Below are positions 13,742 through 26,879 of a DNA stretch of 64,000 bases, one piece after another (the first letter of the stretch is position 1; every line of letters starts with the position of its first letter). Position numbers and translations under genes: made by a program. Where the stretch lies: contig OZ024742.1 in the NCBI GenBank assembly GCA_964016885.1, positions 156,426,001-156,490,000 of the forward strand. Direction: 5' to 3'. The DNA is from Eledone cirrhosa. Taxonomy: Eukaryota. The notes beneath the pieces are model-generated. The model did no database searches and had not been told where the DNA came from. It saw only the letters and a list, made by a program, of their open reading frames with translations.

Positions 13742-14100
13742 ATATAAAACGAAAAATCAGTGATGCATCTGAACTAATTTTATTGTGTTACAATTGTTTC
13801 GCCGGCGGACAGATCGAGACGCGATCATTGTGTCGATCTGATTTATTCTGGACCCACAGGTTCGACGGACACGTCTAATGATTTCGGAGCATATTCTCTC
13901 ACTGTTGTATCTGACCCTCTGGGCCACTACCGTCCAAATGTTCATCCTCTTCGCGCGCCAAAACAATTGTAATAGTATAAATTGAGTTCAGATGCATAAC
14001 TGATTTTTCGGTTTATATTATATCATACTCTGGTCTGTAAGAGCATAGAGTGCTAAACCGGCATACCTCCTATGGAAGCATCTTATCTACTGTCATCGCC
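13741..14100. mobile_element. Small non-coding foldback element with tail
   Basis: 13741-13805 inverted vs ~13955-14020; both arms contain the HHR 3' half (G)AAA-CAATTG-TA; between microsatellites. Confidence 0.6.
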
Positions 14101-14139
14101 CCCCCCCACACACACACACACATACACACAAACATACAC

Positions 14140-14225
<86 letters not shown>

Positions 14226-14356
14226 ATATATATAAACGTTTGAATTTGTAAAGCCAAACAATGCAGGTATGGAGATGGAATAAAATAAAAAATAAGAAAA
14301 AATGCAAATGCAAAAATTATTATTGACAATTAGTCTTTTACCTTAGATTTATTTAA

Positions 14357-14400
14357 ATGTCCTTAATTTTCGAGATAATATCTCTTCCTCGGAGGGACGT
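14357..14400 (-). ncRNA. Hammerhead-like motif, family L (U4C core)
   Basis: Minus strand GTCCCT-CCGAGGA-AGAGATATTATCTC-GAAA-AT-TA-AGGAC. Confidence 0.55.
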
Positions 14401-14469
14401 AAAGCGGTTAAACCAGTATGCGAAATAGCTTGCCAAGTCATGCTTGGAAAGCTATTTAGAACACAATGT

Positions 14470-14476
14470 ATATATT

Positions 14477-14509
<33 letters not shown>

Positions 14510-14588
14510 ATATAAATATACATACACATAAACATAAATACACAAATACACGCACACACAAACACACACAAACACACACATACATATG

Positions 14589-14674
<86 letters not shown>

Positions 14675-14693
14675 TATATACACACATACCCAT

Positions 14694-14724
<31 letters not shown>

Positions 14725-15014
14725 TATACATAATTATAAAAATAAATAAAGATAAATAAATGAATATAATGCATAAACTAAATAAAGCAGTCACATCACC
14801 TTACACAGACAAAATACTAATACATGAAATGAAAATAAATAAATAAAGAAAAGTAAAATATGAAGTCAAATATAAAAATAAAAAAATAAATAAAAAAAAT
14901 AGTAAAAAAATAAAAAATTCGAAAGTTGACAGCGATACGAAAGAAGAAAAAACAATAAAAATAAATAAACAAACACACGTGGTAAGCGAATGTATAAAAA
15001 ATAAAATAAGATAA

Positions 15015-15015
<1 letters not shown>
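14470..15015 (-). repeat. Internal fragment of family M non-coding repeat
   Basis: Reverse complement matches 20940-21070 and 57215-57275. Confidence 0.6.
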
Positions 15016-15076
<61 letters not shown>

Positions 15077-15079
<3 letters not shown>

Positions 15080-15487
15080 GTGGCTGCCAACTCGTTTTCG
15101 AATATGGCCACTACTCTATAGCCATGTAGGAGAACCCCTACCGATGCGCTGAACGAGTGTGACTTTTTAGTCCAGCCAGCGACTTGAAAACTCTGGTACA
15201 AACACTACACTTGTGACAATTATTGACACATAGTGCTGTGCCCATGGTACAATGTGACGACAAGTCCAGAGAGATCTCCAGATATAAAGCAATGCCTGTG
15301 CCGTGAAGCTTTTATAGTGAGCAAAGGCACTGCCAAAAGCCAGTCCCACTCTCTTAACCAAGATGATATTTACCAAAAAGAAGAACAAGTCAACCTCATT
15401 GGATACCATCAGGGTTGCAGGTGTTATATCAGAGTTTTCCTTCTCCTAGAATTCTGCCTTGACAAAAGCTAAGGGGTCATCTCTCCC
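15077..15487 (-). repeat. Probable RTE-type LINE 5' region fragment
   Basis: Contains CTAGGAGAAGGAAAACTCTGA (minus), which I associate with RTE 5' UTRs; 15411-15487 is duplicated at 17821-17897. Confidence 0.4.
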
Positions 15488-17320
15488 GGAGATACCTATA
15501 TATTAGACGCAGTTAAACTTATTCTGGAAAACAACACTTTCTTCTTCAATGGAAAGAATTACATCCAAATTAGAGGCACAGCGATGGGAACGAAGTTTGC
15601 TCCCGTTTACGCGAACTCTGTAATGGGATACTTAGAACAACAACTCTACCAAGAAATAGAGGAAAAATATAGTACTGACTTTAGAAAGTACATTGAAAAA
15701 TCTCGGAAGAGATACCTTGACGACTGTTTCATCATTTGCACAGAATCTCTAGATACTCTGGATGAGTTCAATATCCTCCTGAATAACCTACACCCATCTC
15801 TCCAATTCACAAAAGAGATGAGTAGGACCAAATTACCATTCCTAGATATAATGATAATCAAAAAACGACACCACCATTACCACGGATATATATTATAAAC
15901 ACACAGACACCCATCAATATCTGAATTTTAAGTCGTGCAATCCACCTCATACAAAACGCAACATCCCATACTGCCTAGCCAGAAGAATTTGTACCATTGT
16001 AGAAGATACGAATACCAGGTTCAAACGCTTAACAGAAATAAGAGAATTTTTGCTCAAACAAAAATACCCATCTCTACTTATAGGAAATGGCATACAGCGG
16101 GCTATAAAAATACCTATACAACAACTTAGAACAACCCAAGGAAGAAGAAACCAAGAACTGGTCATACCATTTATAATGACACACAACCCATGTCACCAGA
16201 ATATCTTCAACACTGCCAAAGCAAAGCTACCGATCATTGCTCAAAGTAATGAATTAAAAGGCTTAATCACAGATCGATCTTTGACTTTTAGTAAAAGACA
16301 GCCAAAAAAGTTGAAGTTTGACCTTAACAACAAAGACCAATCATTCACTGTATCTAAATGCAATGATAATCGATGCGGCACATGTCAATCCATACACGCC
16401 GGTCAATATATGAAAACAAATACTGGAAAAATATTCCCAAATGCAAATATGAACTGCAAAAGCAGAAATCTAATTTACTGCATTAAATGCCCGAATTGTG
16501 AAGAACTATATGTCGGTCAAACTGGAAATGCACTATCGGGACGTGCACGGGTACACCGTCAACAAATCAGAGACCCAAATGTCCGTCAGATACCCCTAAG
16601 CGGCCATCTGGCAACATGTGGTCAGGGAATATTTATAATATTCCCATTCTACAGATTACATAGCCCAAGTGAAATCAAGAGAAAAATCAAAGAAAATAAT
16701 TTTATTGATAAATTCAAACCCAAGCTAAATGAACAATAATAACGCCTAGGGGTATTACTTCTACTACCACTATGACCACGACCACTAACAACAAAAACAA
16801 CAACAATAATAATAATAATAAAAGTGATGTTGATGGTGATGATTAATAGAAATAATATTTTCATCATTTCAAAAAAAGCAAAACAATTCATACGTTGGAT
16901 ATGACTATTGGTCGTTAGCATGCTCAACCAGCCGTGACGCTTAAACCAATCAGCTGTAGTAATTCAGTGAAACTACACACTGGTTGGTCGAAATACAGTT
17001 TACAGGGGCTTTGCATTCTGGAGCCACTTTTCTCTGTATAAAATGTATAAAAGGTAGGAAATTTACCCATCTCATTACAGTTGAAAATTGCAAACTCGAC
17101 TGTCAACACATATCATGTACCTGAAGATTGCGAAAGCATGAAAGTACTTGTTCAATTAACACTTAGAATTTAATATTCTATCATACTATTTCATTATAAT
17201 ACCATTATATATATTTTAAAGGATTGTAAAAAAACGAGTAAATCAGACAAAGTTTGAATTCCTCTTATTAATATAATCTTCTATACACAATCATACACAC
17301 CCGTGTATATTTACCTATCT
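15488..17320 (+). mobile_element. 5'-truncated Penelope-like element, family A (Neptune-like); disrupted ORF ~15490-16739
   Basis: QIRGTAMGTKFAP, RYLDDCF, LPFLDI, CNDNRCGTC, NLIYCIKCPNCEELYVGQT, KPKLN; 3' HHR; ends at (TA)n. Confidence 0.92.
17116..17154 (+). ncRNA. Minimal hammerhead, family A; other copies 51924-51956 (+), 52180-52218 (-), 63850-63888 (-), 63962-64000 (+)
   Basis: Consensus TGAAC-CTGAAGA-TTGCGAAAGCAT-GAAA-GTAC-TT-GTTCA; palindromic helix III AGTACT. Confidence 0.85.
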
Positions 17321-17386
17321 ATATATCTCTATATATATATACATATATACATATATATATATATATACATACATTCATATATATAC

Positions 17387-17458
<72 letters not shown>

Positions 17459-17460
<2 letters not shown>

Positions 17461-17647
17461 AACCAGTAAGACCCCGACAGCTGAGCTCAAGCCGTTTCGA
17501 CGGCTAATTCTGAGAATTAGCCGTCGAAACGGCTTGAGCTCAGCTGTCGGGGTCTTACTGGTTCCTAATATCCACTCTACTACCTCAAGTATTGAGTACT
17601 TTGGTGCGTTATGGTCCACCTGGTTCCTTACCACTTTTCCTTCGTTA
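17459..17647 (+). mobile_element. Mini-hairpin PLE derivative, family K
   Basis: ~54-bp perfect inverted repeat centred ~17513 plus ~80-nt tail; HHR 3' half GAAA-CGGCTTGAGCTCAGCTG-TC-GGGGTC; (TA)n flanks. Confidence 0.8.
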
Positions 17648-17712
17648 TATATATATATATATATATATACATACATATATATATATATATACATACATAC
17701 ACATATATATAC

Positions 17713-17743
<31 letters not shown>

Positions 17744-17820
17744 CATACATATATATATACATACATATATATATATGCATACATATATATATATATATAT
17801 ATACATACATACATATATAT

Positions 17821-18093
17821 GGGTTGCAGGTGTTATATCAGAGTTTTCCTTCTCCTAGAATTATGCCTTGACAAAGGCTAAGGCGTAATCTCTCCCGTGA
17901 TTTTGGATGGCCATTGGCTTTTAAGAGCTCCATTGCCTTTTGACAGGTTTTGTTTTTAGTCCTGAAGGATGTCCAAAGTCATCCGCCTCACCAGGAAACC
18001 TTGGTGGGGTGGCCAGTTTAGTCGCCATCGATCCGACCATGGGTCACGTTGTACTGGAATAAATGTTACCAGTAGCACCAACATGTGACCTGA
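17821..18093 (-). repeat. Probable RTE-type LINE 5' UTR fragment
   Basis: Shares ~77 bp with 15411-15487. Confidence 0.4.
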
Positions 18094-18099
18094 CATATA

Positions 18100-18165
<66 letters not shown>

Positions 18166-18244
18166 CAAATAACGAAACGAAATTAAATTTCGTTTCGTTT
18201 GTAACTCACTCTTGTATGACTGACGCTTAAACAATATATATATA

Positions 18245-18612
18245 GAGTTATAAACTTAAATAGTGTTTTACAATTAAATAGCTCAAAGAAAGGGTTATTT
18301 CTGAGCCGTGTAATACAAATGAATATATGATAGGGTTAAACACTGATACAAGTATACAAGTGTTTGTATTGCAAATGACCAAGTTAGCTAGATTGAAAAA
18401 TACTAATTAAAATGTTACTTTAAAGTGAAACTTACCAATTTCTGGATACCTGCAGAAGAGCACAGGACTAGGAGATTTCACTCATTATTTTAAATCGAGA
18501 CAGGCAAACCCTATTATTTTAATTAGTATTTTTCAATATAGCTAACTTGGTCATTAGCAATGCAAACATATGTATACTTGTATCAGTGTTTATCTGTATC
18601 ATATATTCATGT
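18245..18612. mobile_element. Family P foldback (internally deleted)
   Basis: ~18312-18413 inverted vs ~18515-18612; + arm matches 55623-55890; keeps GATACCTG-CAGAAGA-GCAC. Confidence 0.7.
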
Positions 18613-18712
18613 GTATATATAAATATATATATATACATACATATAAATACATATATATACATTTATATACGCACACATATGCACATAAACATATACACAC
18701 ACACACATAAAC

Positions 18713-18799
<87 letters not shown>

Positions 18800-19000
18800 T
18801 GCATATACATATACACACATACACACATATTCACATATATATATAACTACACACACAACATATACATACATATACATAGTTACGTGCATATACACTCGTA
18901 CGCAGGCATATACTCTCAACCACACGTATAGGTACATATATACAAATGTAGGTGTATATACATATATAAAAAATATATAAATACATTCACATACACATAA

Positions 19001-19187
19001 TTGTTTCTACTTTTGGCACAAGGCCAGCAATTACCCACTACATTACTGGTACTTTATTTTATCGACCCGTAAGGATGAAAGATAAAGTTAAAATCGGCGA
19101 GATTTGAACTCACAATGATAAGGGCCGTAACTCTATAAGTCAAATCATGGCGTTCGAACCTCTACCGACTCTGCCAAACCACCGCCC
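19001..19187 (-). mobile_element. tRNA-derived SINE with Meta-like central domain
   Basis: Minus strand A box TGGCAGAGTCGG, B box GTTCAAATC, then CTTTCATCCTTACGGGTCGATAAAATAAAGTACCAG; several copies in the window. Confidence 0.8.
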
Positions 19188-19508
19188 TTCACACACACAT
19201 AATATGAGAGAAAATACATCCAACCACATACGCACATATATATAAATAGTTACTGATATATAAAAATATACATACATACACACATACGCATATGTACACA
19301 TACATACGCACGCACATACACACAACCCATAAATAAATATATATATATATATAAAGAAAGTGGAAGGGGTATTCAGAGGGTTGGAAATACGACAAATATA
19401 AATAAGAATATCAATGTTTATAACTGAATAAGAGCACTCAAGGGGTTCCTGGAGTAAAATGATATTAACTAATATCTTTATAAATAATTATAAATAATTA
19501 CATATATA

Positions 19509-20142
19509 GGTCTTTTCAAAGACCCTCATGTATAGATAAGAAATGTGTAACCTGTAAAATAAGCCCCCATATTAACTGTAAAACTAGAAATGTAGTGTAT
19601 AGCATAAGATGTACTGAAGGACAATGTAGAGACAAAAATATAGTGTACGTAGGTGAGACAGCTCGTAGTGTAGGGGAACGGATAAATGAACACTGGCGAG
19701 ACCTTCAAGATAGTAAAGAATCATCTGTACTCTACCAACAGCAACATCACAACTTACAATTAAGGACAAAATGAAAACACACACACACATAGAACAAACA
19801 ACCATACAGTAACATGTAAATAAAGAAATAGATAAACGAACATAAACACACACAGACACCCGGATGTGGCGCATGCGCAGACTGAGCACACAACACACAC
19901 ACAGAAACACAAAATGGCGTAGGACAGAACAAAGGAGAGGCACAGAAAGAAAAAAAAAGGAATCCCCACTCACTGAAGAGGTCACAGAGTGTGTGACGAA
20001 AGAACTATGACTATATATAAACAACTATCTGATTGTGGAACCAACCAACCAACCAGAAATTTATAAATATATAATAAATTGAAGTGAAAGCAACTGGTGC
20101 GTGTATTTCTTATTGGCAACATGACCCTCCCAAAGTATAACA
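19509..20142 (+). mobile_element. Family B PLE 3' fragment with HHR at 19968-20012
   Basis: Matches 8880-9652 with an internal deletion; same right end AAAGTATAACAA|(TA)n. Confidence 0.88.
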
Positions 20143-20469
20143 ATATATATATATATACAATATACATACATTCACACACAAACACATATACATAAGGTTA
20201 CATCACCATATAATATATAAATACACACACACACAAAACGCACATATATACATAATCATATATATATATTTATATATACACATATATACATACATACACA
20301 TACATACACATATATATATGCTTATATATACATAAATATAAATAATAAATGGATACAATACAAACATATAAACAAACGCGTGCATATTAGCGCACAATAA
20401 ATACACACTCACATAAGCACACACACATATATTTATATATATATATATATATACATATATATACACACA

Positions 20470-20518
<49 letters not shown>

Positions 20519-20869
20519 GTACACACATATATAAACATACATTCATACATATATATATATATACAAATACATACATACAAACAGAAACACATATATATAT
20601 ATATATAAAAGAGGTAAATATATGAGGAGAGGAGGGGGAAGAAGAATAAATGGGTACAGAAAGTGAATTCAGAGAGGAATAAAAATCGTAGTGGATCTAA
20701 GGCGTAACAAGTAAAGAAAAGTTCAAGTTGGTTGAGTCATCGTAGAAATGTCAATCCAGTTACAAGTTGCTTTCAAATTTTGGAGGATTCTAAATTTGTC
20801 CATGGTGCACAGGGCACAATTCTTTGTGCACCTTTGGTATTGTCTTGAATGGTCTAAAATATGATTTTA

Positions 20870-21085
20870 AATTTTTTATTTATTTATTATTTTTTTTTTA
20901 TTATTATTATTTTTTTTTTGTATATTTTTTTAATTTTTATATTTGACATTATATTTTACTTTTATTTATTTATTATTTTGATTTCATGTATATGTATTTT
21001 GTCTGGGTAAGGTGATGCGACTGCTTACATTAGTATATGCATTATATTCGTTTATTTATCTCTATTTATTTTATAATTAGGTATA

Positions 21086-21116
<31 letters not shown>

Positions 21117-21557
21117 GTGTATATATATGTATGTATGTGTGTATATATGTATGTATGTGTGTATATATGTATATATATATATATATATATATGTGTGTTT
21201 GTGTGTGTTTGAGTATTTATGTGTATGTGTATGCATATATATATATTTATATATATATGTGTATATGTGCCTGAGTGTCTGTTTGTATGTGTGTGTGTTT
21301 ATATACTTTTATAATTATTATCTTTTTGCTTCTTCCTTCAGCCTCACTGTCATATTTCCAATAGTTTTGCTTTTCAAATCCATTTTCAATAAAGAAACCA
21401 GGAATGTTTTAATTCTGACGACTGAAAGCAGATTTATTTGCTTTCAATAAACTACTGGTAAATGAAATAATCATCTTATGTTGTTTATTACATAAATAAC
21501 CTCTGTAACCTACATAGAGCACTCTATTTTCCTGGACCTTTCAGACGGAATTACTTC
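20870..21557 (+). mobile_element. Family M non-coding PLE-type 3' end with HHR at 21407-21467
   Basis: CTGACGA-CTGAAAGCAGATTTATTTGCTTTCAA-TAAA-CTACTGG-TA-AATG; tail end GGAATTACTTCA shared with 56234. Confidence 0.7.
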
Positions 21558-21562
21558 ACACA

Positions 21563-21605
<43 letters not shown>

Positions 21606-21629
21606 ACACACACACACACACACATACAT

Positions 21630-21674
<45 letters not shown>

Positions 21675-21712
<38 letters not shown>

Positions 21713-21735
21713 GTAATAATAATAATAATAATAAT
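21675..21735 (+). repeat. (TAA)n microsatellite
   Basis: Direct reading. Confidence 0.95.
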
Positions 21736-21887
21736 CAAGGGAAGAAGACGCACGAGGTGACGGAGGTCATGAAATCGCTCCCGTAAGTTTTGAATTTTTA
21801 ACATATTTAAACCATTTGTGAAATAACAACTCTTAGCACAAATGCTACGTAAAGCACCCGGCTTGAGCCCCAAAAAAATTCGGACCC

Positions 21888-23183
21888 AAAATATATTGTT
21901 ATAAGGCTCAAATATTCAAATATTCAACTTTGTATTGTACACTGTATATCCAAAAAAAAAAAAATGGCTATAAATGGAAGAATAACCCCTCCCCTCCTCT
22001 CCTCTGGCTACACTATATAGGACAGCTAAACTCACCAACACCAGAAACTAGATACACCACCCACCCCATCATATGTGTACACTAAACACAACAGCCAGAT
22101 AACGACATATTTTCACCCTCACCGCCACCGCTCACTACGGCCATCATTACCACCACTATCCCATCACCGCCGCCACCACCCCTTGACTCCGCTACAGCAC
22201 CATCACTACAGTAATACGGTCACATCACCGCCACCACTGCCTCGGTATCGACATCACCACCACCACTGTCTCAGTATCGCTAACGCCGCCAGTCTCCCAC
22301 TTCCCTGCTGGCTGCTACTCCCACATTATAGAATTCCTACTACTAACAAAGAGGAAGGCATCAAAATATATAGATAGACCCAAAAGAAAAAAGAAAAAAG
22401 AAACAACAAAACCAAAGCAGCACAGCAACAACAGCAAAAAACGAGAAAAACAAACAGAGAAAAACAAAAACAAAAAAAAGAAACCCCCAAAACGTAAAGA
22501 AAATATATTGTTATAAGGCTCAAAACGTAAAGAAAATATATTGTTATAAGGCACAAAACGTAAAGAAAATATATTGTTATAAGGCTCAAATATTCAAATA
22601 TTCAACTTTGTATTGTACACTGTATATCCCCCCCCCCAAAAATGGCTATAAATGGAAGAAGAACCCCTCCCCTCCTCTCCTCTGGCTACACTATATAGGA
22701 CAGCTAAACTCACCAACACCAGAAACTAGATACACCACCCACCCCAGCATCTGTGTACACTAAACACAACAGACAGATAACGACACATTTTCACCTTCAC
22801 CGCCACCGCTCACTACGGCCATCATTACCACCACTATCCCAGCACCGCCGCCACCACCCCTTGACTCCGCTGCAGCACCATCACTACAGTAATACGGTCA
22901 CATCACCGCCACCACTGCCTCGGTATCGACATCACCACCACCACTGTCTCAGTATCGCTAACGCCGCCAGTCTCCTACTTCCCTGCTGGCTGCTACTTCC
23001 ACATTATATAATTCCTACTACTAACAAAGAGGAAGGCATCAAAATATATAGATAGACCCAAAAGAAAAAAGAAAAAACAAACAACAAAACCAAAGCAGCA
23101 CAGCAACAACAGCAAAAAACGAGAAAAACAAACAGAGAAAAACAAAAACAAAAAAAAAGAAACCCCAAAAACGTAAAGAAAAT
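21888..23183 (+). repeat. Tandem duplication, period ~678 bp, with 3 x 33-bp repeat at the junction (22489-22587)
   Basis: 21888.. vs 22566.. near-identical; AAAACGTAAAGAAAATATATTGTTATAAGGCTC x3. Confidence 0.92.
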
Positions 23184-23310
23184 AAGAATGATGAGAGAAG
23201 CAGGCGGACGGACAGAGAAGAGGGGGGAAAAAGTAAAACTTAAAAAACTAAAACTAAGTCAGACATTCGAACACTACATTACAATGAAACTTATGCTTAT
23301 TCATTTCTGG

Positions 23311-23421
23311 GGCCCTTTCTGCCTGTGTGTTTGTTTGTTTATGTGTGTTCGTATACAGCGTGGTGATAATGCCACACAAGGGCCAAGTGGGATGGCGGAC
23401 CCACAGATGGCTATGTAAACA
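23311..23421 (+). ncRNA. Candidate HDV-like nested pseudoknot in LINE 5' UTR
   Basis: P1 GGCCCTT/AAGGGCC, P2 TGTTTAT/GTAAACA, P3 GTGTG/CACAC, P4 GTGGG/CCCAC, J4/2 ..GGCTAT; L3 is abnormally long (25 nt). Confidence 0.35.
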
Positions 23422-23486
23422 TACATTCGCCAATCCTCGATAAGAGTGTTTAAATATCGAACATAAACAGTTCGAATAACGGTGAA

Positions 23487-26400
23487 ATGGAGACTAGAAC
23501 GTCATGTGACAGACTCTCACCCAACAGGTGCCCCCTGGCTCAGCAGCAGGAACCTGACTGTCAACCAAATACTGCTGATGTTGGAGGAAGGATAAGAAGG
23601 AAAGGGGCCAGAACCAACTGGACGAAAGAATTGAATAGAACTGTTATGCAATGCTACCTGAAAAGTAACCCCAAGGAGAGGGGCTACAGGAGACGGATGC
23701 ATAACATCTGGAACGAGATTGGTTTATTTAAATTAGATGAACAAAAATTGGCCGGGCAGGCTCGGGTAATAAGAACTAATGGGTGGATAAGCGAGCTGGA
23801 ACTGGAGGAACTGAGCAGAGAGAATGGCTTGGAGATGGCGGGTGTAGTATGCCAGACAAGCGAGCCGGTGGGAAATGAAGGTGAGGAGGTCCTGAGAACG
23901 GAGGAACCACCCGAAGCAGACAATGATCTGAGTACTGAGATAAATAATACCTGGAACAGAGATACGGCCACTGAGGAGATGAATGCTGACGGGCTAGGAC
24001 AAGATTCGGTTGACATCCTAAATTTAGTGGTAGATGAATTGAACAATGATAGTGGGAGACCTATGAACCTAAGATTTGTAGACAGGAAAAAGTTAAAAGA
24101 AACAACAGCTAAGGTAAACAAAGTCATCCCATACCTTGAGGCGAGGAGCCTTCACCAGTGCAACAATATCCTCAGAGCAACAGCAAATACGGTGAGGAAA
24201 CTACTTGGTATAAAAGCGAGAGGAAACAACAGACAAGAAAGAGCAGAGCCGTGGTGGAAGAAGCGACTGAGTGGGCAAATCGGGGAAATGAGAAATGACG
24301 TAGGAAAGCTTGAGTCACTACTGAATGGGACACTAAAAAACATAGGCACTAAAAATAGACTGGAAATAAAATACAAAACTAGGAGTAAAAAGCTAAATAT
24401 TATCATAGAGGAATTGAAGCAACGCATTGTAGCAAAGAGTGCAAAAATCAGGCGATACGAGAACAGAGTCAGTCAGTATAAACAGAACCGCATGTTCGAC
24501 AACAACCAGAAGATGCTGTTTGGACAGCTTGAGGGCAAAGAAAGAGGCAACGACTTGTTCCCTGGGGCGGAGCAAACTAAAACATTCTGGAGAGGAATAT
24601 GGGAGCAGGATGTTAGACACAATGCCCAGGCAGGGTGGATTGAGACAGTACAGAGGGAGATCGGTGAGCAGGCACAGCAACAGACTGATTTGAGTATCAC
24701 AGTTGAAACTCTTAAGGGACAAGCCAAAAAACTAACCAACTGGAAATCGCCAGGCCCAGATGGTGTGCAGGGGTATTGGATTAAACATCTAACATCCCTC
24801 CACCCGAAGCTGACGGCCATGTTCAATGACTGCTTGGTGTCGGGTGAGGTGCCAGAGTGGTTGACAAAAGGTACCACAGTTCTGATAATGAAAGACCGAA
24901 TCAAGGGTAATGATGCTACCAACTATAGACCTATCACATGTCTGCCCGTAATGTGGAAACTGTTGACGAGCATTGTGTCTGAGGAAATCTACCATCACCT
25001 CCACACAAACAACTTGTTACCAGACGAACAGAAAGGATGCCGAAAGAAGTCACGTGGTACAAAGGACCAGTTGCTTATTGATAAGATGGTAATGGGGAAT
25101 TGCAGGAGGAGACACACTGATCTTGCCATGGGATGGATAGACTACAGAAAGGCATTTGACATGGTGCCTCATTCCTGGATCACCAAAAGCCTGGAGATCT
25201 TCAGGGTGGCGGACAACATCAGACAGTTGCTAGGCAGGAGTATGGGGTCCTGGGAGACAGAGTTGACATCAACTGGAGTATCCTTGGGAAGCGTGAAGAT
25301 CAAGAGAGGTATCTTCCAGGGAGATAGCATGTCCCCTCTGTTGTTTGTCCTTGCCCTGATGCCCTTGACCATTATGCTGCGAAAAGTGAGAGCAGGATAC
25401 AAGTTGGGAAGGGGAGAGCTTACCATCAATCACCTCCTCTTCATGGACGATCTTAAGCTCTTCGGGAAAAGTGAGAAGGAGTTGGATGTGCTTGTTGACA
25501 CTGTCCGCATTTTCAGCAGTGATATATGTATTCAGTTTGGTATTGGTAAATGTGGAGTCATTGTGATGAAGAGAGGTAGGTTGAGCAGAAGTAACGGGAT
25601 CCAGATACCAACAGGTGAGATGATAAAGGAAATTGACTCTGAGGAAGGATACAAGTATTTGGGCGTTCTGGAGGCTGATGGCATAAAGAACAAAAAAATG
25701 AAGGAATTGTTAAGAACTGAATACATTCGGAGAGTAAGGAGCGTATTGAAGTCACATCTGAACAGCAGAAATGCCATAAGCGCAGTAAATTCCCGAGCTG
25801 TGTCTATTATTAGGTACAGTGCGGGAATTCTGAGATGGAATGTTGCTGAACAGAAAGAAATGGATAGGACGACTAGGAAGCTATTGACTATCTACAACAT
25901 GTTCCACAAGAGGAGTGATGTCGATAGACTCTACCTAAGGAGATCTGAGGGTGGAAGAGGTCTTATCAGCATAGAGGACTGTGTTCAGATGGAGAAAAGC
26001 AACCTATACAAATACGTGATCTATAGTAAGGAGCCAATGCTCAGAGCTGTACTGAAGGAGGGGACAGTAGGCCAGGGGATGTCCAGGGAGGAAATAACAT
26101 CAAGGAGGAAGAGCAGCCTTAAGGGAAAACCCCTTCATAGTACCTTCTTTGAGAAAACTGAATTTAGAGATCCACAGACACGGAACTGGTTGAGAAGAGG
26201 AGACCTCAAAAAGGCTACAGAAGGAATGCTAATGGCTGCGCAGGAGCAGGCCCTCAAAACGAAGTGGTTGAAGCACCATATCTACAAGGAGGAGGCCAGC
26301 CCACTGTGCAGGATCTGTGGAGAGAGAGAGGAGACTGTGGCTCACATTGTGTCCGAGTGTAAACCCCTAGCCCAGACCCACTATAAGGGCTGGAGACACG

Positions 26401-26879
26401 ATGTGATGGGCAGGGTGATCCACTGGCACCTGTGCAAAGTAAACAATCTACCACATTCTGAGAAATGGTATGAGCATAGGCCAGAGGCGGTGATGGAGAA
26501 CAATCAGGTGAAGGTGCTGTGGGATTTTAGGATACAGACGGACAAAAAACTGGAACACAATAGACCTGACCTGGTGGTTGTGGACAAAGAACAAAGATCG
26601 TGCCTGATTGTGGATGTGGCCTGCCCGTTCGACACGAGAGTGCAAGAGAAGGAGAGGGAGAAAATTAACCGATACCAGGACCTAAAGTGGGAGGTGAAAA
26701 GGATTTGGAACTGCCATGAAGTCAAAGTGATCCCGATTGTCATAGGCGCACTGGGGACTATCTCCAAAAGTTTCCAGGGATGGTTAAAGAAAATCGGCCC
26801 CTTCACGCTTTTTGGAACGCTTCAAAAGGCATGCTTGCTTGGAACAGCAAGAACCCTCCGATACGTCCTGTATATCTGA
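23487..26879 (+). CDS. R4/Dong-clade non-LTR retrotransposon protein (RT, CCHC knuckle, restriction-like endonuclease), apparently intact
   Basis: 1130-aa ORF: WKSPGPDG, NYRPITCLP, WIDYRKAFD, GIFQGDSMSP, FMDDLKL, YKYLG, CRIC..H..C, RPDLV..DVACP, KINRYQDL; 3' end runs into (TAA)n-like tract ~26955-26980. Confidence 0.96.
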   Translation: METRTSCDRLSPNRCPLAQQQEPDCQPNTADVGGRIRRKGARTNWTKELNRTVMQCYLKSNPKERGYRRRMHNIWNEIGLFKLDEQKLAGQARVIRTNGWISELELEELSRENGLEMAGVVCQTSEPVGNEGEEVLRTEEPPEADNDLSTEINNTWNRDTATEEMNADGLGQDSVDILNLVVDELNNDSGRPMNLRFVDRKKLKETTAKVNKVIPYLEARSLHQCNNILRATANTVRKLLGIKARGNNRQERAEPWWKKRLSGQIGEMRNDVGKLESLLNGTLKNIGTKNRLEIKYKTRSKKLNIIIEELKQRIVAKSAKIRRYENRVSQYKQNRMFDNNQKMLFGQLEGKERGNDLFPGAEQTKTFWRGIWEQDVRHNAQAGWIETVQREIGEQAQQQTDLSITVETLKGQAKKLTNWKSPGPDGVQGYWIKHLTSLHPKLTAMFNDCLVSGEVPEWLTKGTTVLIMKDRIKGNDATNYRPITCLPVMWKLLTSIVSEEIYHHLHTNNLLPDEQKGCRKKSRGTKDQLLIDKMVMGNCRRRHTDLAMGWIDYRKAFDMVPHSWITKSLEIFRVADNIRQLLGRSMGSWETELTSTGVSLGSVKIKRGIFQGDSMSPLLFVLALMPLTIMLRKVRAGYKLGRGELTINHLLFMDDLKLFGKSEKELDVLVDTVRIFSSDICIQFGIGKCGVIVMKRGRLSRSNGIQIPTGEMIKEIDSEEGYKYLGVLEADGIKNKKMKELLRTEYIRRVRSVLKSHLNSRNAISAVNSRAVSIIRYSAGILRWNVAEQKEMDRTTRKLLTIYNMFHKRSDVDRLYLRRSEGGRGLISIEDCVQMEKSNLYKYVIYSKEPMLRAVLKEGTVGQGMSREEITSRRKSSLKGKPLHSTFFEKTEFRDPQTRNWLRRGDLKKATEGMLMAAQEQALKTKWLKHHIYKEEASPLCRICGEREETVAHIVSECKPLAQTHYKGWRHDVMGRVIHWHLCKVNNLPHSEKWYEHRPEAVMENNQVKVLWDFRIQTDKKLEHNRPDLVVVDKEQRSCLIVDVACPFDTRVQEKEREKINRYQDLKWEVKRIWNCHEVKVIPIVIGALGTISKSFQGWLKKIGPFTLFGTLQKACLLGTARTLRYVLYI

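Noticed and set aside
22489-22587. Three 33-bp direct repeats resembling a CRISPR array
   Set aside because: No spacers, eukaryotic context, no cas genes
22075-23055. His/Pro-rich 100-aa ORFs, duplicated
   Set aside because: Low-complexity (CAC/CCA) sequence in a tandem duplication, GTG start, no recognisable domain
23517-26806. Minus-strand ORFs over the Dong ORF
   Set aside because: Antisense shadows of the real + strand CDS
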